From the IMG/VR virus record IMGVR_UViG_3300048881_000780: DNA of 64,000 nt; one strand, 5' to 3'. Under the pieces are notes generated by a model. That model was given only the letters and a program-made list of their open reading frames with translations, did no database searches and was not told the DNA's origin. This DNA is from a virus (Duplodnaviria; Caudoviricetes). The position numbers and the translations under genes are program-made. How positions within the stretch are numbered: the first letter of the stretch is position 1; each line of letters begins with the position of its first letter. This document shows positions 57,253 to 64,000 of this stretch, in pieces.

Positions 57253-57849
57253 TCACTTTAATGATTCTAGCCATAAGTTCGTTTTCTTTGTAGGAATCAA
57301 TGGATTAAACTTTTTCACCCCAAAGAGGCCAGTAAGGTAATCTTCAGAACAATCCTCAAATGCCTCTCCAATTTCTTTATCAGTAGACTCAAGGTCTCTA
57401 CCAAATTCATTATTGGCCCATTTATCAAAATTCATCTTGTTAAGATTTCCATTATATATAAAGTAACAATCCCTGCTGGTAGTAAAACAACTCCATCCCT
57501 TTAGTACCGATCTACAGTCATACATCATGGAGGCGTTTCTAAGAAGCTTCAAAATTTCACTAGAGTTATGAAGATCTCTAGGTAACTTGTGTAAATGCAA
57601 CTTTAAATCCCTAGGAATTGAGCGATCCCATTTTTTCGGATCTAAACCAATATTTGAAATTAGATAATCTCGACAATCTACAAAATCCGATTTGTTACTA
57701 AATTGAAAGAATCCAGAAAATGAATACTTAGGCATAAACCATCCCTTGATGTTTTCGTTTCTTTTGGGAGTTTGGATCAACTGGACACTATTAGAAAAGT
57801 CATATTCAATCCATTTTTTATACTCAATTTTGGCTCCATTTTTCATCAA
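57253..57849 (-). CDS. NxWL-tailed hypothetical protein
   Basis: Ends NLWLESLK; true start may be ATG 57735; weak G..QFSN..D similarity to X1. Confidence 0.65.
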   Translation of the reverse strand: MMKNGAKIEYKKWIEYDFSNSVQLIQTPKRNENIKGWFMPKYSFSGFFQFSNKSDFVDCRDYLISNIGLDPKKWDRSIPRDLKLHLHKLPRDLHNSSEILKLLRNASMMYDCRSVLKGWSCFTTSRDCYFIYNGNLNKMNFDKWANNEFGRDLESTDKEIGEAFEDCSEDYLTGLFGVKKFNPLIPTKKTNLWLESLK

Positions 57850-57854
57850 GTGTC

Positions 57855-58064
57855 CTACTTTTTTGTCGAATTGGGATACGAATAATCATTATCCAGATGA
57901 TCACGGCTTACTAGATCATCACTGTCACAATGACTACTTAATATACTCATATCCATTTTTGATCCATAGTGACTTACTAAAGGCATTAAAGTAGTTTCTA
58001 TATCTACAGAGGGTGCACAGTGTAGATCACCAATTAGAATAAGGTCTGATTTTTTCTTTTTCAT
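57855..58064 (-). CDS. hypothetical protein
   Basis: GGAG RBS. Confidence 0.45.
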   Translation of the reverse strand: MKKKKSDLILIGDLHCAPSVDIETTLMPLVSHYGSKMDMSILSSHCDSDDLVSRDHLDNDYSYPNSTKK

Positions 58065-58088
58065 TATTTTCTCCAGTTGAAATTTAAT

Positions 58089-58397
58089 CTATATGCTGTA
58101 CTCACCCAAGCATTCCCACTCACCCAGATCTCTCTTATCTTCTGCTTGTTTTCTCTTTAGTACTCTCTGGGCCTCTTCGAGAGTATCCCACTCGCGTATA
58201 ATCCACTCCATATCACAATCATATGCCTCTTCACAAAGGGATGTCCAAATAAATTCTTCTTTAAGTACCTCACCAAAGAAGCTCTTAGTTATCTCTTTAC
58301 ACAGGTGTTTAATGCGAAATTTTACACCATCAGTTTCAATTTTATATTTACGCTCTCTTGGATCAGTTAGATATACTTGATAAGTTCTAGTAAACAT
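58089..58397 (-). CDS. hypothetical protein
   Basis: GGGGAG RBS. Confidence 0.6.
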   Translation of the reverse strand: MFTRTYQVYLTDPRERKYKIETDGVKFRIKHLCKEITKSFFGEVLKEEFIWTSLCEEAYDCDMEWIIREWDTLEEAQRVLKRKQAEDKRDLGEWECLGEYSI

Positions 58398-58459
58398 ATT
58401 ACTCCCCTATAGATATGTGTGTACTAATTTGTATTCCTCATATTAACATGATTCTCAAC

Positions 58460-58476
58460 TTAACGCAAGCCGTTAA
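58460..58476. promoter_or_regulatory. TTRAC-N7-GTTAA operator
   Basis: TTAACGCAAGCCGTTAA. Confidence 0.65.
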
Positions 58477-58480
58477 ACAA

Positions 58481-59284
58481 TCAAGATAGAGATTTTAACC
58501 AGGTATTAGAGTTAGATATTGATCTCTCTTTAACAGTCACCCCATCCATGCTCTTAAAGTGCTTTTTCTTTGTTTCACTATTAGCGATAATTTTATTAAA
58601 GATACTTCCTGCAAATATACTCTTAGTATCTACGTCATCGTTTAATCTAAAACTTGAAATATCTAGGGTTTTTATATTCCTAAACCCTGAAAACATTTTT
58701 TTTACAAACTTAACTTCTGGTGTTCTAAAACTCGACAAATTGACTTCTTCAAGAGAGACCATATTAAAAAACATATATGACATGGCCGTAATCTTAGAAG
58801 TATCAAAGCTTCTTAAATCTAGGGAGGTACATTTTCGTACATCCGAGAACATTCGATACATTGATTTTACATTGCTAGTATTAAAACTAGATAAATCAAT
58901 ATATTCTAGACTAGTGGCCCCCTTAAACATTTTTGACATAGTGTTAACATTGGTAGTAACTCCACCACTAAAAGACCTTAAGTTTACGCAGTTGCAAAAC
59001 ATGTGACTAAGATCGAACCAATCACAATCCCCTAAATCAACTACCTCAGTTAGTAAAGGAAGCGATTCGTAAGAAAAACGCATAGTTCCCACTGTTCCGG
59101 ATATAGTTACCGTGTACTCTCCTATTTTTTCATAAGTAGATGAAATACAGCTATATTCCCCCTCGTATCTTTCGACTTTTCCATTTCCCCAATCGATAAC
59201 AAAGTCGTGCTCTGTATCACAATCTAATTCAAGAGCAAGTTCCTTAGTATTATCCATCATTATTTTAAATATAAATGGTTTCAT
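58481..59284 (-). CDS. PKD-like + DUF285/BspA-like protein with NxW tail
   Basis: IDWGNG; LDLSSFxTSxVxxMxxMF repeats; ends NTWLKSLS. Confidence 0.85.
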   Translation of the reverse strand: MKPFIFKIMMDNTKELALELDCDTEHDFVIDWGNGKVERYEGEYSCISSTYEKIGEYTVTISGTVGTMRFSYESLPLLTEVVDLGDCDWFDLSHMFCNCVNLRSFSGGVTTNVNTMSKMFKGATSLEYIDLSSFNTSNVKSMYRMFSDVRKCTSLDLRSFDTSKITAMSYMFFNMVSLEEVNLSSFRTPEVKFVKKMFSGFRNIKTLDISSFRLNDDVDTKSIFAGSIFNKIIANSETKKKHFKSMDGVTVKERSISNSNTWLKSLS

Positions 59285-60093
59285 GATATTGCCTTTAACC
59301 AGTTATTTCTTTGGTTATTAATGGGTTTAGTAATAACTTTTTCATTATCTTTAAAGTACTTTAACTTCGCTGACCCAGATACCATTACTTGAAGTGGCCC
59401 TTCATTGAAAATATTATCTATATCGCAGTTATCAAAGTTAAATCCACTAAGATCTAGAAACTTTAGGGATTTGCATTTTTCAAATAGAAAGCTCATATCC
59501 TTTATGTTTTTAGTATCTATAGAACTTAAATTAATAGATTCAAGTGCTCTCATTTCACTAAATATACAACTGGCCTCAATTAATTTTGAAGTATCGAAAC
59601 TAGACAGATCTAAATGCTTCAGGGAACAAGTATTATGAAACATAAAACTCATATCTAAAACATTTCTTGTATCAAATGAGGATAAATCCACACTCTCTAG
59701 GGAAGTAGCATTACAGAACATCCCCTTCATATTTGTAACATGAGAAGTCTCTCCCCCTTTAAATTTTATTAAGTTAGAGCAAGCGTAGAATATATCATTA
59801 AGTGATTCCCAATTACAATTACCTAGATCAATGACTTCAGTGATCATTGTTGCTGTATCAAAATTAAATCCTAGCTTTTTAATATCTCCGCTTATTCGAA
59901 TAATATAATCCTTACTATCTTTATACTCATGATAGATTGATCTACTTCTTAAGTCAGGATCATTGCGCTCCACTATATTTCCATCACCCCAGTCTATAGA
60001 AAACTCATATCCTGAGTGTTTAGTGAAATTAATCGTAACTCTCTTATTCTCCCCTCCAAAAACAAGAATATCATAAAACAGAACTTGACACAA
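59281..60093 (-). CDS. PKD-like + DUF285/BspA-like protein with NxW tail
   Basis: IDWGDG; same repeats; ends NNWLKAIS; start uncertain. Confidence 0.8.
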   Translation of the reverse strand: MCQVLFYDILVFGGENKRVTINFTKHSGYEFSIDWGDGNIVERNDPDLRSRSIYHEYKDSKDYIIRISGDIKKLGFNFDTATMITEVIDLGNCNWESLNDIFYACSNLIKFKGGETSHVTNMKGMFCNATSLESVDLSSFDTRNVLDMSFMFHNTCSLKHLDLSSFDTSKLIEASCIFSEMRALESINLSSIDTKNIKDMSFLFEKCKSLKFLDLSGFNFDNCDIDNIFNEGPLQVMVSGSAKLKYFKDNEKVITKPINNQRNNWLKAIS

Positions 60094-60113
60094 GTCGTTA
60101 ACAAATATATACT
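60085..60113 (+). promoter_or_regulatory. sigma70 promoter with overlapping operator
   Basis: TTGACACAAGTCGTTAA; TTGACA-N17-TATACT. Confidence 0.8.
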
Positions 60114-60147
60114 ATACAAAACTAATCGGTTTTACTTAGGGGGAGAG

Positions 60148-60396
60148 ATGAGATCATTTAATTTTAAAGCTAAAAAAGTTGAAACTGCTGGCTCTAAAGT
60201 AGAACTCATAAGAGTTACATCAGAAGAAGAATTAGAAAAAGTAGTTCATTTCTTAAAGGGATTATGTGTACAAACTTACGCATATTATACAAAACACAAT
60301 CCTAACTCCAATTCATTTGCTAGTGAGGAGGAATTTGAGAGGTATGTGGTAGATGAAGCATCTAGAGATAGTGCTCAAGTAGTTGTTTTACTTTAA
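60148..60396 (+). CDS. hypothetical protein
   Basis: ATG after GGGGGAG. Confidence 0.6.
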   Translation: MRSFNFKAKKVETAGSKVELIRVTSEEELEKVVHFLKGLCVQTYAYYTKHNPNSNSFASEEEFERYVVDEASRDSAQVVVLL

Positions 60397-60416
60397 TTTA
60401 ACCAAGAGATTAGCAT

Positions 60417-61166
60417 ATGAAACATACTCCAAAGAAACCATTAGTACTCTACTTTCAGACAAAAATTGGTGAAAAGATTGAAATTGATATCACAAAAAAA
60501 GACGCAAAACCTCTACAAATCACCTGTGGAGATGAATCGTATATCTCAAATGAAGAAATTGAATATGAATGCTTCACTCCTAAGTTAAGTAGTGATGGTT
60601 CGTACGTCGTAAAGGTTTGGGGAGATCTAGATTTAAGATTTGCCTTTCAAAACATCTCTTTATTGAATAATCTGATCAAAGTTGAAACTGGAGACTTTAT
60701 ATTCACTCATCCAGACTCTTTTAATGGTTGCATTAATTTAAGAGAGTTTCATGTAACTGGCATGGCCATTATGACAAATATTAAAGGAATGTTCTGCGGG
60801 TGTGCTTCTCTAGATTATATAGATTTAAGAGGTGTCTTTTTTACAGATGACGTTAACTCTACTGAATTCATGTTCTCGTACTGTGAAAATTTAAGAAAAG
60901 TAGAATTTCCTAGATCCTCTTTTGGTGAAAATATCCACAATATGAATAGAATGTTTCTCGATTGCCCTAAACTAGAACATGTAAATATGAGAAGATTTAG
61001 ACCTAGTGAAGAGGTATTAATGGAGTCTCTACTTGATACAAAAGCCATGTGTGGACAAATTACAGTATCTCATAGTGTGAAAGAGAGATATTTCCAAGAT
61101 AGTGATATTTTCTGTACGTCGGATACTACAAATATCTGGTTAGAGTCTCTTTCGGATGTTGCCTAA
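60417..61166 (+). CDS. DUF285/BspA-like protein with NxW tail (closest to 29611)
   Basis: E.GD..F, MF..C..L, FP..FG..I.N, FRP shared; ends NIWLESLSDVA. Confidence 0.75.
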   Translation: MKHTPKKPLVLYFQTKIGEKIEIDITKKDAKPLQITCGDESYISNEEIEYECFTPKLSSDGSYVVKVWGDLDLRFAFQNISLLNNLIKVETGDFIFTHPDSFNGCINLREFHVTGMAIMTNIKGMFCGCASLDYIDLRGVFFTDDVNSTEFMFSYCENLRKVEFPRSSFGENIHNMNRMFLDCPKLEHVNMRRFRPSEEVLMESLLDTKAMCGQITVSHSVKERYFQDSDIFCTSDTTNIWLESLSDVA

Positions 61167-61540
61167 TGGAAAATATAAAATTTTTAACTTTCTTTGATAA
61201 GTTACTATTGAGTTCCCCTTTAATATCAATGGGCATTTCTCTATTTTGTAATCTGTCATATATTTCAACAGTTTATACCTTAATTACTATGACTATGCTT
61301 ACAACAGTGATCACAATTCACAGAATTTCTTTTTGTGACCATAGATATATAAATCTAGCTGTTGTTAATTCATTGAGTTTATTTTTTACTATGATTTGCT
61401 CACTAGGTATCTTTATTGAAATATCGTCTGTGATTATTCCAATTTTAATTTCCATAGAGATTATCAAGTCTATTATCCATATAAATCTACAAGAGAAATA
61501 CCATGGATCTTTTTACGATAAGTCAGTAAAGGAGATTTGA
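61166..61540 (+). CDS. membrane protein
   Basis: About 4 hydrophobic segments. Confidence 0.6.
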   Translation: MENIKFLTFFDKLLLSSPLISMGISLFCNLSYISTVYTLITMTMLTTVITIHRISFCDHRYINLAVVNSLSLFFTMICSLGIFIEISSVIIPILISIEIIKSIIHINLQEKYHGSFYDKSVKEI

Positions 61541-61911
61541 TGAAATATCTAAAAATAGTACATGTTAAGTTCACTGGTAAAGAGATTAAGATTCCTGCTC
61601 TGGTTTTCAAAATGCAGTCTAGTGCTGATGATTATATTGAAGATAAAATCGATGAGATCAAGTCAATTCTTAGAGACTATCAAGATGTAAAAGTAACTAT
61701 TCGGTATGGTACTAGCGTACCAGTGTGCGAAAATATTACTGAATCTATTGAAGATAAGCCTAACTACTCTCCAATATCGATTGAAAAAGGTGTTCTAGAT
61801 AATAAAATAGCCGAGATTAATGTCGATTACTATAATGAATTCTTAGAGCTTCACTTTGATATAATTAAGGAAGTTAGTATTATTGACTACTGTGGATTTG
61901 ACTTAGACTAG
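61537..61911 (+). CDS. hypothetical protein
   Basis: AAGGAG RBS. Confidence 0.6.
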   Translation: MMKYLKIVHVKFTGKEIKIPALVFKMQSSADDYIEDKIDEIKSILRDYQDVKVTIRYGTSVPVCENITESIEDKPNYSPISIEKGVLDNKIAEINVDYYNEFLELHFDIIKEVSIIDYCGFDLD

Positions 61912-62502
61912 CTATCCAACCTTTTTATAGAGTTCGCTAGTTAAAATATCATAAATAGAGTTCCAGCAATCCACTCTAAGAATCGGATTATTACAATTAA
62001 CTTGATTGTATGAAGTATTTATTAGAACAGATCTGTGCCCCACTTCAAGACCTATGAGTGCATTTTTATAATTATCTTCAATCCAATATGATGAAGGATA
62101 CTTTGCAAGTAACTCTTTTTTACATTCATCAAAATCTAGACAGTGAATCTCACTAAAGAAATCCTCCCCTAGCACCTGGTTTAAGTTAATTTCTCTTTTT
62201 TTAGATAATTCTCTTCCACACTTTGTTATGGCCACAAAACTAAAGTCATGCTCATTTCTAAGCTTAAGTAGAATATCCCTAGATTTCCCTAAGGCCTCTA
62301 AATTAGAGAAGTTTTCACTTTCATTAAATTGGTAAATCAATTCTAAGATCTCTTTAGAATCCAGGTTAAACCAGTTGCTAAAGCAATAACTGCTGGGATT
62401 CTCTTTTACTGGCTTATGTCCTAAATCGATCATAAAGTCTTTAAAGCTTGCGACCCAATCTAAAACTACACCATCAATATCAACTAGTATTAACTTACTC
62501 AT
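61912..62502 (-). CDS. HAD-family 5'(3')-nucleotidase-like protein (phage type)
   Basis: VDIDGVVLDW, AIT, WIED...NA..G...G, YN. Confidence 0.8.
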   Translation of the reverse strand: MSKLILVDIDGVVLDWVASFKDFMIDLGHKPVKENPSSYCFSNWFNLDSKEILELIYQFNESENFSNLEALGKSRDILLKLRNEHDFSFVAITKCGRELSKKREINLNQVLGEDFFSEIHCLDFDECKKELLAKYPSSYWIEDNYKNALIGLEVGHRSVLINTSYNQVNCNNPILRVDCWNSIYDILTSELYKKVG

Positions 62503-62544
62503 ATCTTAATTTTACCATAAACCAAAGGAGTCTCAATTTATTTC

Positions 62545-62573
62545 TTGACACAAGACGTTAAAAAACTTATTAT
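62545..62573 (+). promoter_or_regulatory. sigma70 promoter with overlapping operator
   Basis: TTGACACAAGACGTTAA; TTGACA-N17-TATTAT. Confidence 0.75.
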
Positions 62574-62603
62574 AAATACATAATTTTTATATCGGGGGGA
62601 TAT

Positions 62604-63566
62604 ATGTTAACAATTTCAAATCTTAAGACTCATGTATCTAAAATTTTAAGTCTTGATTTCTTTTATCTATCAAATATTTGGTCAAATGATGGTAGTGGAG
62701 ATTTTAATATTTCCATTTTTGGGGATTCTCATAATATAAGTTCGATGAGGTTATTAGGTATAATTAACTTTAATGGAAAGGGCCTTATTAAGTCTTTTAA
62801 GCTTATCAATGGAGATGAGTACTCTAACTTAAATGGGAAATATATTAACTTAAGTTCTTTCAAATACGATTACGAAAAGATCATTAAAACTAGACCTGTG
62901 GGTGTTGAAGGATGTGATATTATTGGAATTGTTAATGATAATGGAGAGGCAATTGTATATAGCCTAGAAGATTATAAACAACTAAAATTACCCTACCAAT
63001 ATCATGGAAATAACGAAGTAAAAAAAGACTATAAAAATTGTAAAGTTATCGATATCTATCGTGAGTTAATGAGTAAATATGGTGACTACCTAACAAGTGC
63101 TAATATTTATGATGATGGTCAAAAAGATTACAACTTTAAATTTAAAATTAAAGGTTTTAGTCTTAATGTCACAATTAGTTGCTTCTTTTCTTATGCAATT
63201 AAACTCAAGATATATAATGCTAGTGGCGATCTCGTTATAAAATCAAATGGAAATCAAATTAATAGTATATATCGATTTTTTGAGGACATTGAATGTGGAG
63301 TTTTTTCTAAGGGAACGAGAGATGCTATTTTCTTTAGTCAAATTAGAGATTTGATTTCTTTTAACTCTGACAAATCAGATAATGTATATAACTTAGAATT
63401 TTCAAAGGTTTCTGGTTCAATCCCATTATTTATAGACTTTAATAGTAAGACAATATCGCTTATGAAGAAAACTAGAAGTACCAAATATATACCCAATAAG
63501 GTTGATAACATGAATACTCTTCTTAAGGACTTTGATCATCAATCTTACGTACTAAAAGCTTCATAG
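62604..63566 (+). CDS. hypothetical protein
   Basis: 320 aa; GGGGG RBS. Confidence 0.65.
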   Translation: MLTISNLKTHVSKILSLDFFYLSNIWSNDGSGDFNISIFGDSHNISSMRLLGIINFNGKGLIKSFKLINGDEYSNLNGKYINLSSFKYDYEKIIKTRPVGVEGCDIIGIVNDNGEAIVYSLEDYKQLKLPYQYHGNNEVKKDYKNCKVIDIYRELMSKYGDYLTSANIYDDGQKDYNFKFKIKGFSLNVTISCFFSYAIKLKIYNASGDLVIKSNGNQINSIYRFFEDIECGVFSKGTRDAIFFSQIRDLISFNSDKSDNVYNLEFSKVSGSIPLFIDFNSKTISLMKKTRSTKYIPNKVDNMNTLLKDFDHQSYVLKAS

Positions 63567-63573
63567 GTAATTT

Positions 63574-63846
63574 ATGAACCATTTAGAATACTTTAACAAC
63601 TTAACAAGTAAAATCGACGATATAACTAAGATGAGCAGCTTTGTAGATATGTCGGAAGCATCTAGAGTCTTATCTACGAAAGTAGCTCTAGATATCTACT
63701 CGGATTGGCCATGTGATGCCCGTAGGGCCTATGACATAAATGAAATCCTCTATTTAGTATATGAGGAAGCTAATATCGAGGTAATGAGAGAGATTTTATC
63801 TTACGCTAAACGAGAAGTGTTAGCGGTAATAGAAACATTAAGGTGA
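63574..63846 (+). CDS. hypothetical protein
   Basis: 90 aa, operon context. Confidence 0.55.
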   Translation: MNHLEYFNNLTSKIDDITKMSSFVDMSEASRVLSTKVALDIYSDWPCDARRAYDINEILYLVYEEANIEVMREILSYAKREVLAVIETLR

Positions 63847-64000
63847 GGATTAAGTAATGGGAATCTTAAAGTCAATTCTCCGGGAGTTACATATGGAAAC
63901 TAAAGAATCAGAACAAAGAAGAAAGTTTAATTGTGAACAACTTGAATATAGAAAGAGATTGAGAGTTTTAATCTATAATCATAACTTTAGAAAGCTTTTT

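Noticed and set aside
8711-61048. Antisense ORFs inside ligA, DUF2779, TSP3, BspA and others (e.g. 8978, 17475, 44792, 58548)
   Set aside because: Shadow frames of well-supported genes with Ser/Leu/Phe-rich composition and no RBS.
29611-61166. Diversity-generating retroelement acting on the BspA paralogs
   Set aside because: No reverse transcriptase and no near-identical TR/VR pair seen in the window.
4398-62561. Operator as a CtrA or FNR box
   Set aside because: Spacing is TTAA-N9-TTAA, not CtrA TTAA-N7-TTAA, and it differs from FNR TTGAT-N4-ATCAA.
1-64000. Definite assignment as a phage, or to a named host
   Set aside because: No capsid, terminase, tail, Rep or conjugation gene is recognisable here, so element type and host remain inference.

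Overview
AT-rich (roughly 30% GC by eye), gene-dense segment of a large bacterial mobile element (jumbo phage, phage-plasmid or megaplasmid). It carries about 100 mostly short hypothetical ORFs on both strands. No virion, rRNA or core housekeeping operon is recognisable. Recognisable products: type IA topoisomerase, NAD-dependent DNA ligase, SWIB protein, voltage-gated-type ion channel, HD hydrolase, ankyrin protein, two PAPS-reductase-family proteins, DUF262, DUF2779 nuclease, GNAT, two HAD hydrolases, DUF2442, a TSP3-repeat lipoprotein, six DUF285/BspA-like paralogs and three nucleotidyltransferase + HTH-partner operons. Main unexplained structure: (1) a C-terminal N-x-W-[LI]-x-[SA]-[LI] tag on 10 proteins from at least two unrelated families; (2) about 19 copies of a 17-bp TTRAC-N7-GTTAA operator at promoters; (3) three parS-like 16-bp palindromes plus iteron-like repeats around a putative DNA-binding gene at 52-54 kb; (4) a conserved structured leader ahead of two distant paralogs; (5) a tRNA-like RNA after ligA; (6) strong GGCC enrichment. 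All family calls come from motif recognition by eye; no searches were run.
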